Shown here one piece after another: positions 1-8,093 of a stretch of 64,000 bases of DNA (position 1 is its first letter; every line of letters starts with the position of its first letter). The position numbers and the translations under genes are program-made. The notes under the pieces are model-generated. The model had not been told where the DNA came from. It was given only the letters and a program-made list of their open reading frames with translations, and searched no databases. The stretch comes from Chitinophagales bacterium (lineage in GTDB: Bacteria; Bacteroidota; Bacteroidia; Chitinophagales; UBA10324), in the NCBI GenBank assembly GCA_025057275.1, contig JANWXQ010000011.1, forward strand, positions 33,523 to 97,522, written 5' to 3'.

Positions 1-40
1 CACGACGGCCAGGCGGCGGTTGCGAAACACCTTTTTGAGC

Positions 41-1261
41 TCACCCGGATTCACCCCCAACGGATTTATGCTGCAACCGGGTCAGCGCTTCCTGCATGCG
101 CTGCATGCCCAGCCGGATTTTTTCTTCCGAAGCCGCATAACTGATGCGGATGCAATGGTCGTTGCCAAAGGCCTTGCCGGTAACCACGGCCACGTGGGCT
201 TCGCGAATCAGATAGTCGGCCAAAACGTCGGCAGATGTAATATGCCAGTTTTTGTAATACGTTCCAATGTAGTGACTGATGTCAGGAAAAATGTAAAAAG
301 CACCTTCCGGCCGGTTGGGTATGACGCCGGGCATTTGTTGCAGCAGGTCTATGATCAGGTCGCGACGCCGGCGAAACGCTTCACGCATGCGGTGCGTTTC
401 GGTTTGGTCGCCGGTTAAGGCAGCCAGAGCGGCGCGCTGGGCAATGGCGTTGGCGCCCGACGTGATTTGCCCCTGCATCTTGTCGCAGGCACGGGCCAGC
501 CACAGTGGCGCTCCGATGTAGCCCAGACGCCAGCCCGTCATGGCATAGGCTTTCGATACGCCGTTAACCACCACCACCCGGCCATGCAACGCTTTACACT
601 GCGCAATGCTGTGGTGCGCACCGGTAAACGAAATATGCTCGTAAATCTCATCGCTGACAATGATCACGTGCGGATGACGCTCAAAGACATCAGCAAGAGC
701 AGCCAGCTCATCGGCCGTGTACACGCTGCCGGTGGGATTGCAGGGAGAAGAAAAGCAAAACACCTTGGTGCGCGGCGTTATGGCTGCTTCCAGTTGTTCC
801 GGTGTGATTTTGAAGTTGTTGTGCACTTCGGTGGGAATGGTGACCATGGTGCCCTGGGCAAGCTTCACCATTTCGCGATAACTGACCCAGTAAGGAGCCG
901 GCAGAATGACCTCTTCGCCCGGATTAACCAAAACCAACATGACATTGGCCAGGGCCTGCTTGGCGCCGGTAGAAACCACCACCTGTTCAGGGGCAAACTC
1001 CAGGGCATTTTCATTTCGGAATTTTTCGCTGATGGCCTGGCGCAGTTCGGGGTAGCCGGCTACTGGCGGGTAGCGCGTAAAGCCCTGGTCAATGGCGTTT
1101 TTGGCGGCATGGCAGATGTGAGCCGGAGTGGGGAAGTCGGGTTCACCCAGGCTGAGGTCAATCACATCAACACCCTGAGCTCGCAGCTCACGGCTCAGGC
1201 GGGCAGTCTGCAGGGTTTCTGACTCAGCAAGCTGCTGAATGCGTTGCGAAAGAAACTGCAT
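41..1261 (-). CDS. PLP-dependent class I aminotransferase (aspartate/aromatic type)
   Basis: 406-aa ORF with motifs LSLGEPDFPTP and SSPCNPTG, and the PLP-lysine region NGVSKAYAMTGWRLGY typical of the AspC/AAT family. Confidence 0.9.
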   Translation of the reverse strand: MQFLSQRIQQLAESETLQTARLSRELRAQGVDVIDLSLGEPDFPTPAHICHAAKNAIDQGFTRYPPVAGYPELRQAISEKFRNENALEFAPEQVVVSTGAKQALANVMLVLVNPGEEVILPAPYWVSYREMVKLAQGTMVTIPTEVHNNFKITPEQLEAAITPRTKVFCFSSPCNPTGSVYTADELAALADVFERHPHVIIVSDEIYEHISFTGAHHSIAQCKALHGRVVVVNGVSKAYAMTGWRLGYIGAPLWLARACDKMQGQITSGANAIAQRAALAALTGDQTETHRMREAFRRRRDLIIDLLQQMPGVIPNRPEGAFYIFPDISHYIGTYYKNWHITSADVLADYLIREAHVAVVTGKAFGNDHCIRISYAASEEKIRLGMQRMQEALTRLQHKSVGGESG

Positions 1262-1316
1262 GCGGTGCGGCGGCGAAGTTAGCCATTGGTGCGGGCAACT
1301 GCCTGCCGGGCGTCGC

Positions 1317-1324
1317 TATATTTG
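1317..1324 (+). promoter_or_regulatory. Bacteroidota-type -7 promoter box (TATATTTG) upstream of tRNA(CAU)-cca
   Basis: Exact match to TAnnTTTG about 58 nt upstream of the tRNA 5' end. I saw no clean -33 TTTG. Confidence 0.3.
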
Positions 1325-1382
1325 CAGTGGCGGATCCGTCAGCAACGTCATGCCTGCCGGCAGGCAGCAGAAGCGAACATCT

Positions 1383-1459
1383 GGCGAGGTAGCTCAGCTG
1401 GCTAGAGCGCGGCACTCATAATGCCGAGGTCGAGAGTTCAAGTCTCTCCCTCGCTACCA
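1383..1459 (+). tRNA. tRNA with CAU anticodon (elongator Met, or Ile2 if lysidine-modified); CCA encoded
   Basis: Cloverleaf read by hand. Acceptor GGCGAGG/CCTCGCT (G1-U72); D arm GCTC..GAGC; anticodon stem CGGCA/TGCCG with loop CTCATAA; T arm GAGAG-TTCAAGT-CTCTC; discriminator A followed by CCA. The anticodon stem lacks the three G-C pairs of initiator tRNAs. Confidence 0.9.
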
Positions 1460-1504
1460 AAACAGTACCCGGAGGCGTTTTTTCTGATCGGAACCGCACA
1501 GGCC

Positions 1505-2956
1505 ATGCAGCGGTTCGTCACTATCCGAACGTGTTACAAGCCCTTACCGGTCAGCGATACCGAACAGCAGCTTTATGAAGTAGTTGCTGCCGAGGCGGCT
1601 GCCCGACAAGCGCCCGTCTATGTAGTTGGCGGCCATGTGCGCGACAAATTGCTGCAGCGCGACAGCAAGGATATTGACTTTACGGTAGTTGGCAACGGGC
1701 TGGCGTTGGCCGAAGCCGTGGGGCAGAAACTGCAAACCCCGGTAACGGTTTTCAAAAACTTCGGAACAGCGCGCCTCCAATACCATGACTTTGCCGTGGA
1801 ATTTGTAGGCGCCCGTCGCGAATCGTATCGCCCTGCTTCGCGAAAACCTGAGGTACAGGCCGGCACCTTGCTGGATGATCTGGCGCGCCGCGATTTTACC
1901 ATCAATGCCCTAGCCGTTAGCCTCAATGCAGATGATTACGGTATGCTCCTGGATGCTTTTGACGGTTTGGGCGATCTGGAACGCCGGCTGCTGCGCACTC
2001 CTCTGGAACCCGAGCTGACCTTTAGCGACGATCCCCTGCGCATGCTACGGGCTGTCCGCTTTGCGGCGCAACTGGATTTTGCTGTTGTACCCGAAGCGCG
2101 CATGGCCATGCGGCAGCATGCGGAGCGACTGCGCATTGTTTCGATAGAGCGCATCACCGATGAACTCAACAAGATGCTGATGACCGACCGGCCCTCCATT
2201 GCTTTTGACCTGATGTTCAAAACCGACTTGTTGCGGGAGGTGTTGCCGGAACTGGTCCTGTTGTATGGAGTGGAGCATGTGGAAGGAAAAGGGCATAAGG
2301 ATAACTTCTATCACACCTTGCAGGTCCTGGATCAGGTAGCCAAACGCAGCGACGACCTCTGGCTGCGCTGGGCAGCGCTGCTCCACGATATTGCCAAATA
2401 CGACACCAAGCGGTTTGAGAAAGGCAAGGGTTGGACCTTTCATGGCCATGAAGTGGTTGGAGCCAGAAAAGTGGAAACCATCTTCCGACGGTTGCATCTG
2501 CCGCTGCAAGAGCCGATGAAACGGGTACAGAAGCTGGTGCTGCTGCATCTGCGCCCTATTGCCCTCAGCAAGGAAGAAGTTACGGATTCAGCCATTCGCC
2601 GCTTGTTGTTCGAAGCCGGAGACGATCTGGAAGCACTGATGACGTTGTGCGAAAGCGACATCACCAGCAAAAACGAAAAAAAGGTCAAGAAGTATCTGGA
2701 AAACTTTCGGTTGGTGCGCAGCAAGCTGATTGAAGTGGAAGAACGTGACCGGATCCGCAACTGGCAGCCTCCGATTTCCGGAGAAGTCATTATGCGCACG
2801 TTTGCCAAACCACCCGGGCGGGAAATCGGCATCATCAAAGAAGCCATCCGTGAAGCCATTTTGGAAGGCCGAATCCGTAACACCTACGATGATGCTTATG
2901 CATTTATGTTGGAGAAAGCAGCAGAACTCGGTTGGCATCCGGTAACAAAAAATTAG
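1505..2956 (+). CDS. cca: CCA-adding tRNA nucleotidyltransferase (class II, with HD-type C-terminal domain)
   Basis: Start moved to ATG 1505 because the ORF-track start at 1421 lies inside the tRNA. Motifs VVGGHVRDKLL, DIDF, RRDFTINAL and later LLHDIAK. Confidence 0.85.
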   Translation: MQRFVTIRTCYKPLPVSDTEQQLYEVVAAEAAARQAPVYVVGGHVRDKLLQRDSKDIDFTVVGNGLALAEAVGQKLQTPVTVFKNFGTARLQYHDFAVEFVGARRESYRPASRKPEVQAGTLLDDLARRDFTINALAVSLNADDYGMLLDAFDGLGDLERRLLRTPLEPELTFSDDPLRMLRAVRFAAQLDFAVVPEARMAMRQHAERLRIVSIERITDELNKMLMTDRPSIAFDLMFKTDLLREVLPELVLLYGVEHVEGKGHKDNFYHTLQVLDQVAKRSDDLWLRWAALLHDIAKYDTKRFEKGKGWTFHGHEVVGARKVETIFRRLHLPLQEPMKRVQKLVLLHLRPIALSKEEVTDSAIRRLLFEAGDDLEALMTLCESDITSKNEKKVKKYLENFRLVRSKLIEVEERDRIRNWQPPISGEVIMRTFAKPPGREIGIIKEAIREAILEGRIRNTYDDAYAFMLEKAAELGWHPVTKN

Positions 2957-3031
2957 CCGACGCTGCCTTGGGTGTTTCGGTGAAATGAGTTTCTTTGCCT
3001 GCAAAGCGTAACTTCAAAAGCAAAAACGGTT

Positions 3032-3748
3032 ATGTCGGTGCTGCGGTTTCGCGTGATGTACGAAGAAGATGAGAGCATTTACCGCGAAGTAGAAATTTTA
3101 TCCTCACAATCCCTCCGACAGTTTGTAGATCAGGTGCGCAGCAGTTTCGGCATTGCATCCCACGCTGAAGCACAATTGTTCACCGGAAACGATAGCTGGC
3201 ACAAGAAACAAGCTTTGCCCTTGGAGGCACTGGGTTCCCAGAAAGGCCAGGCCGCCAAAGCCGCATTGGCAGAGCAGCCCCTGGTCAAATTCATTTTTGA
3301 TCCGCATCAGCGCTTTGTTTTTGAATTGAGCGAAACAGGTGATCAGTTGCTCATTGAACTCAGCAGCATCAGCGAAAAAATCCGGGACGATGTGGCCTAT
3401 CCGCATTGCGTGCGTTCGGTAGGACCATCGCCATTTCGCAAAGAGGAGCCTGTTCCGGTTGAAGTGCCTCAGCGGAATCGCCAGGCGTCTGACGCAGATG
3501 AAGATGAGGATGAGGAGGCGGATGACGATGAACAGGACCTGACCAATTCCGACGAAACAGAAGAGGAAGAACTTATCTATGAGGAAGAAGAGGATGATGT
3601 GACCTCCGGCGACCTGATGGAAGGCGATGCTATTGAAGAAACCGATGAAGACTCCGGCAGCGCCGACCTGGGAATGGATGATGAATTTTTTGACGAAGAT
3701 TTTGGTGAGGACAGCGACTTGGACGATTTTGAAGAAGACATCCGCTGA
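3032..3748 (+). CDS. hypothetical protein: ~150-aa globular N-domain plus extreme Asp/Glu-rich C-terminal tail
   Basis: 238-aa ORF directly upstream of miaA (4-nt gap). By hand count the last 87 residues contain 48 D/E and no Lys. I recognise no catalytic motif. Confidence 0.65.
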   Translation: MSVLRFRVMYEEDESIYREVEILSSQSLRQFVDQVRSSFGIASHAEAQLFTGNDSWHKKQALPLEALGSQKGQAAKAALAEQPLVKFIFDPHQRFVFELSETGDQLLIELSSISEKIRDDVAYPHCVRSVGPSPFRKEEPVPVEVPQRNRQASDADEDEDEEADDDEQDLTNSDETEEEELIYEEEEDDVTSGDLMEGDAIEETDEDSGSADLGMDDEFFDEDFGEDSDLDDFEEDIR

Positions 3749-3752
3749 GTAA

Positions 3753-4664
3753 TTGGCTCCGGCACAGAACACCCTGCTGGTCCTGGCAGGTCCTACCGCA
3801 TCGGGAAAGACGGCGTTGAGCATCCGGCTGGCCCAGCATTACCGAACAGAAGTGGTATCTGCTGATGCGCGGCAATTTTACCGGGAACTAAAAATCGGCG
3901 TAGGCCGCCCCACTGCCGAACAACTGGAGCAGGTTCCGCATCATTTCATCGGGCATCTTTCCATTCATCAGCCTTACAGCGCCGGAGCCTATGAGCGCGA
4001 TGCGCTGGCGTTGCTGGAGCGTTTGTTTGTGCGCTATCCTTTGGTTGTGCTAACCGGCGGCTCGGGGTTGTTTCTGCGCGCAGTAACTGAGGGGCTTGAT
4101 CGGTTTCCTGCAGTGCCGCCTCAGATGGTGCAGCAACTGCAGGAAGCATACCAACAAAAAGGGTTAACCTTTCTGCAGCAGGAGCTGTTGCGCTGTGATC
4201 CGGATTACCTTGAGCGGGTGGACCGGAACAATCCGCAGCGGCTGCTGAGGGCTTTGTCGGTTTGCTATGCCAGTGGCAAACCCTATTCTTCCTTCCTGAA
4301 GGGCAGACGGCAGCAGCGGCCCTTCCGGATAATAAAGATCGCCCTGGAGGTGCCCAGGGAGGAATTAAGAAAAAAGATCAATAAACGAATTGACCATATG
4401 TTGCAGCAGGGTTGGCTGGAAGAAGCCCGGCAACTGTATCCCTGGCGGCATCTGACAGCTTTAAGGACGGTGGGTTATCCGCAATTGTTTCGTTATCTGG
4501 AGGGAAACATTTCCTGGGAGGAGACTGTGGCATCCATCCGGCAACAAACCTGGCATTATGCGCGCCGGCAGATGACCTGGTTGCGCAGCGAGCCCGGCGT
4601 TCACTTCATCCGACCGGAGGAAGAAGAGTGCATCCACGAGTTGGTCCGCCCGCAGCCCCTCTGA
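3753..4664 (+). CDS. miaA: tRNA dimethylallyltransferase
   Basis: P-loop GPTASGKT and SADARQFYRELKIGVGRP. TTG start. Confidence 0.9.
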   Translation: MAPAQNTLLVLAGPTASGKTALSIRLAQHYRTEVVSADARQFYRELKIGVGRPTAEQLEQVPHHFIGHLSIHQPYSAGAYERDALALLERLFVRYPLVVLTGGSGLFLRAVTEGLDRFPAVPPQMVQQLQEAYQQKGLTFLQQELLRCDPDYLERVDRNNPQRLLRALSVCYASGKPYSSFLKGRRQQRPFRIIKIALEVPREELRKKINKRIDHMLQQGWLEEARQLYPWRHLTALRTVGYPQLFRYLEGNISWEETVASIRQQTWHYARRQMTWLRSEPGVHFIRPEEEECIHELVRPQPL

Positions 4665-4670
4665 TGTGCC

Positions 4671-5171
4671 ATGCTTCGCATAGCAGTTTGTTCGGATACG
4701 CACGGTTACCTGGGGGATACGTCCTGGATGCAGCCGTGCGATGAGATCTGGCATGCAGGCGACTGGGGGCCGGGGGTCGTCGAACAGCTGCCGCCGGGCA
4801 AGACCGTGCGCGGAGTGCATGGCAACATCGATGGGTCTCACATCCGAAAGATTTTTCCTGAGGAACTGATTTTTGAAGTAGAGCAGATCCGCGTGTTTAT
4901 GCGGCACATCGGTGGCTATCCCGGGCGGTATGAAAAAGGTGTAGCCAGCCGGCTGGATGCTGTACGTCCCCTGATTTTCGTTTGCGGCCATTCCCATATC
5001 CTGAAAATCATGCGCGATCCGCAGCGCCAGGGGATGTGGTGCATCAACCCGGGGGCAGCCGGACGCACCGGCCTGCATCAGGTGCGCACGGCCGTACGCC
5101 TGACGCTGGAACAGGGGAATATTTCCGCTTTGGAAGTGGTGGAATTGGGCCCGCGATCCGCAGCACCCTGA
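4671..5171 (+). CDS. metallophosphoesterase (YfcE/MJ0936 family)
   Basis: Motifs CSDTHG, HAGDWG, GNID, CGHSH and NPGAAG. Confidence 0.8.
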   Translation: MLRIAVCSDTHGYLGDTSWMQPCDEIWHAGDWGPGVVEQLPPGKTVRGVHGNIDGSHIRKIFPEELIFEVEQIRVFMRHIGGYPGRYEKGVASRLDAVRPLIFVCGHSHILKIMRDPQRQGMWCINPGAAGRTGLHQVRTAVRLTLEQGNISALEVVELGPRSAAP

Positions 5172-5216
5172 TCAAGCCCGCCTGCTGCTGCGTACATTAG
5201 CCGCCAATTTGGCATC

Positions 5217-6242
5217 ATGCTCATCCGTAGCAGATCTCCTTTGCGCATCGGATTGGCCGGCGGTGGTACCGATGTGAGTCCGTATTCCGACCTGTATGGT
5301 GGCGCAATTCTGAATGCCACCATTTCCCTATATGCCTATGCCACCATCGAGCCCACTGACGACGGGCGTATTGTGTTTCATTCCATTGACCAGAAGCAAC
5401 AGGTCAGTTTTGAGGGTGTGGATCAGGTGCCTCTGGAGGGGGATCTGGTGCTGTTGCGGGGCATTTACAACCGCATCGTGCGCGACTTTGTGAAGCGACC
5501 GTTAAGTTTCCGGCTTTCCACCTATGTGGATGCGCCTGCCGGCAGTGGCTTGGGCACCTCATCGTCGCTCGTGGTGGCGGTGTTGCAGGCTTTTGCCGAA
5601 TGGCTGACTCTGCCTCTTGGGGAATACGAACTGGCGCATTTGGCCTATGAGATTGAACGCATAGATCTGGCTCAGGCAGGGGGCAAACAGGATCAGTATG
5701 CCGCAGCGTTCGGGGGCTTCAACTTTATGGAGTTCTATGCCAACGACAAGGTGATCGTCAATCCCTTGCGGATCAAAGAAAATTATTTGAATGAGATGCA
5801 GCATTGTTTGTTGCTGTATTATACAGGGACCAGCCGGCTGAGTTCGCGCATCATAGAGCAGCAGGCCGGAAACGTCAAGGAAAAAAAGGATAAATCGGTA
5901 GAAGCCATGCATCGGCTTAAAGAGCAGGCCGTTCTGATGAAGGAAGCTATTCTGCGGGGACGACTGGACGAGATTGGCACCATTCTCAACTACGGCTGGC
6001 AGAACAAGAAACAAACGGCAGAGGGAATCAGTAATCCGCTAATTGACGAGATTTACGATGCAGCGCTGCAGGCCGGTGCTTCAGGAGGAAAAATTTCCGG
6101 AGCCGGGGGTGGCGGCTTTATGTTTTTCTGGTGTCCGGGTTTTTCTCGCTATGCCGTTCTGGAACGTTTGCATGCTTTTGGCGGAGAGTTTCGTCGGTTT
6201 CAGTTTACCCAGCAAGGCGCTGTGTCATGGATTATCAAATAA
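5217..6242 (+). CDS. hddA: GHMP-family sugar kinase, probable D-glycero-alpha-D-manno-heptose-7-phosphate kinase
   Basis: N-terminal SRSPLRIGLAGGGTDV and GHMP ATP motif PAGSGLGTSSSLVVA. Context is gmhA and an hddC-gmhB fusion immediately downstream. Confidence 0.7.
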   Translation: MLIRSRSPLRIGLAGGGTDVSPYSDLYGGAILNATISLYAYATIEPTDDGRIVFHSIDQKQQVSFEGVDQVPLEGDLVLLRGIYNRIVRDFVKRPLSFRLSTYVDAPAGSGLGTSSSLVVAVLQAFAEWLTLPLGEYELAHLAYEIERIDLAQAGGKQDQYAAAFGGFNFMEFYANDKVIVNPLRIKENYLNEMQHCLLLYYTGTSRLSSRIIEQQAGNVKEKKDKSVEAMHRLKEQAVLMKEAILRGRLDEIGTILNYGWQNKKQTAEGISNPLIDEIYDAALQAGASGGKISGAGGGGFMFFWCPGFSRYAVLERLHAFGGEFRRFQFTQQGAVSWIIK

Positions 6243-6252
6243 CAAACAGAAG

Positions 6253-6840
6253 ATGACAGTTCAACAGATTAAGGAAATTTTCCAAACCTCCGTGACGGTA
6301 AAGCAACAGGTCATTGCCGACGACGCCTTGCTCGAGCGGGTGCAGCGGGTGGCCGAAGCCATCGTCCGTTGCTACCGGCAGGGGGGTAAGGTGTTGTTTT
6401 GCGGCAATGGCGGCAGCGCCGCCGATGCCCAGCATCTGGCTGCTGAACTGAGCGGTCGCTTTTACACCGACCGGGATCCGCTGGATGCGGAAGCGCTTCA
6501 TGTGAACACTTCCTATCTGACGGCCGTAGGCAACGACTACGGTTACGATCAGGTGTTCTCCCGACTGGTAAAGGCCAGAGGCCGCAGCGGCGATGTGCTG
6601 ATCGGCATGTCCACGTCTGGCAATTCGCCCAACGTGTTGCGGGCTTTGGAAGAAGCCCGTCGGCTGGGCATGGTTACCGTGGGCATGACCGGAGCTACCG
6701 GCGGCAAGATGGCCCCCTGGTGCGATCTGTTGCTGAATGTTCCCTCCACCGATACGCCGCGCATTCAGGAAGTGCACATGCTCATGGGGCATACCATCTG
6801 TCAGTTGGTGGAGGCTGAATTGTTCGCAGCCGGCCGGTAA
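6253..6840 (+). CDS. gmhA: phosphoheptose (sedoheptulose-7-P) isomerase, SIS domain
   Basis: Motifs FCGNGGSAADAQHLAAEL and GMSTSGNSPNV. Start set to ATG 6253 because the upstream part of the ORF overlaps the kinase gene. Confidence 0.85.
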   Translation: MTVQQIKEIFQTSVTVKQQVIADDALLERVQRVAEAIVRCYRQGGKVLFCGNGGSAADAQHLAAELSGRFYTDRDPLDAEALHVNTSYLTAVGNDYGYDQVFSRLVKARGRSGDVLIGMSTSGNSPNVLRALEEARRLGMVTVGMTGATGGKMAPWCDLLLNVPSTDTPRIQEVHMLMGHTICQLVEAELFAAGR

Positions 6841-8093
6841 TGCAGGCAATTGTCTTGGCTGGCGGACTGGGCACACGGCTTCGGTCGGTGGTTGCTGATG
6901 TGCCCAAGCCCATGGCACAGATCAGCGGACTGCCTTTTTTGGAATATGTCTTCCATCATGCAGTTGAACAGGGAGTAACCCAGCTGGTGGTAGCGTGTGG
7001 CTACAAGCACGAAGTCATCCAACACCATTTCGGCAACCGGTACCACGGCGTTCCGGTACGTTATTCTGTTGAGGAATCGCCCTTGGGCACAGGGGGCGGA
7101 CTCTATCAGGCAGTGCAACAAGCCGATGCAGACGAAGTGCTTGTGCTGAACGGCGATACGCTTTTTGATCTGCCGCTGAACGAATTTTTTAACCGAAGCC
7201 TCGCCACCGATGGTGTGTTGTGCCTGGCGCTTAAACCCATGCGCCACATCAGCCGGTACGGCGTGGTGGACACAGATGCGCAGGGACGGATAACGGGTTT
7301 CCTTGAAAAGGCGTACTACGATGCCGGATGCATCAACGGCGGCGTGTACGTTCTGCGCCGCAGTCTTTTTGAAGGCTTATCGCTTCCTGACGTCTTTTCC
7401 TTTGAGCGAGACATTATGGAGGCCTTTTACCAGACGAAACGGTTTTATGGATTTTTGTATGACGATTATTTTATTGATATCGGCATACCGGAAGATTTTG
7501 AGCGGGCGCGAAAGGAATTGCCAGACCGACTGCAACCCCGCCGGCCTTCGCTGCTGGTGGATTCCGGCTGGACGCTGTTTCTGGACCGCGATGGGGTAAT
7601 CAATAAGAAAAAAGACAATGATTACGTCCGTTCAGTGGACGAATTTGAATGGTTGCCGGAAGCGCCGGAAGCGCTGGTGCGTTTGTCGCAGCGCTTTGGA
7701 CGTCTGATCGTTGTAACCAACCAGCAGGGAGTGGGAAAGGGGCTGATGGATATGGAGGACGTCCATGCCATCCATCAATATCTTAAAGAGGAAATCGCCC
7801 GGCGCGGCGGCCGTTTGGATGAAATTTATGTGGCGCCGGAGCTGGCTTCGCCTCAGGCCGTATTGCGCAAACCGGCCACCGGCATGGCTGAACTGGCACG
7901 AAAAGATTTTCCCGAAATAGATTTCAACAGGTCGGTGATGATCGGCGATTCGGTGAGCGACCTGGAGTTCGGAAAAAAGCTGAACATGGTTACCGTAGCC
8001 ATTCAGCCGGCCGATAAACCCCGACATCCGCTCGCGGACTTCACTGCCGGCAGCCTGGCAGAGGCCGTTTGGCTGTTTGGCCGCAGGCATTAA
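6840..8093 (+). CDS. bifunctional sugar-1-phosphate nucleotidyltransferase (HddC-like) / HAD-IIIA phosphatase (GmhB-like) fusion
   Basis: The N-terminal half has LAGGLGTRLRS..PKPM and NGDTLFD. The C-terminal half has FLDRDGVIN, VVTNQQG, LRKP and GDSVSDLEFG. The ATG overlaps the gmhA stop (TAATG). Confidence 0.8.
   Translation: MQAIVLAGGLGTRLRSVVADVPKPMAQISGLPFLEYVFHHAVEQGVTQLVVACGYKHEVIQHHFGNRYHGVPVRYSVEESPLGTGGGLYQAVQQADADEVLVLNGDTLFDLPLNEFFNRSLATDGVLCLALKPMRHISRYGVVDTDAQGRITGFLEKAYYDAGCINGGVYVLRRSLFEGLSLPDVFSFERDIMEAFYQTKRFYGFLYDDYFIDIGIPEDFERARKELPDRLQPRRPSLLVDSGWTLFLDRDGVINKKKDNDYVRSVDEFEWLPEAPEALVRLSQRFGRLIVVTNQQGVGKGLMDMEDVHAIHQYLKEEIARRGGRLDEIYVAPELASPQAVLRKPATGMAELARKDFPEIDFNRSVMIGDSVSDLEFGKKLNMVTVAIQPADKPRHPLADFTAGSLAEAVWLFGRRH

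Noticed and set aside
467-1222. Long antisense ORFs opposite clearly real genes. Examples: 467-1222, 13367-14335, 17414-18280, 20532-21275, 22225-22848, 27968-28789, 31065-31898 and 45646-46479.
   Set aside because: They are shadow ORFs typical of GC-rich DNA. Their translations are low-complexity (rich in R, G, A, Q and H) and lack motifs. The opposite strand encodes proteins with unmistakable family signatures.
1351-1366. A perfect 16-nt palindrome, TGCCTGCCGGCAGGCA, 17 nt upstream of the tRNA(CAU). A related half-site, CTGCCTGCCGGGCG, lies at about 1299.
   Set aside because: It is real in the sequence. However, it is GC-rich and short, and it sits in a divergent promoter region where I have no way to assign a function. 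A chance GC palindrome cannot be excluded, so it is not promoted to a finding.
1421-1504. The N-terminal extension of the cca ORF that overlaps the tRNA(CAU) gene.
   Set aside because: The extension translates the tRNA 3' half and the spacer. The conserved nucleotidyltransferase domain begins shortly after Met29, so ATG 1505 is used.
3485-3745. A GA-rich, repetitive-looking DNA stretch that might be a tandem repeat or microsatellite.
   Set aside because: It is the coding sequence of the Asp/Glu tail (GAA, GAG, GAT and GAC codons) and has no exact unit periodicity. It is reported as a protein feature instead.
6043-6252. A 70-codon upstream extension of the gmhA ORF.
   Set aside because: It overlaps the 3' end of the kinase gene in another frame and has no similarity to SIS proteins. 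The isomerase homology begins at ATG 6253.
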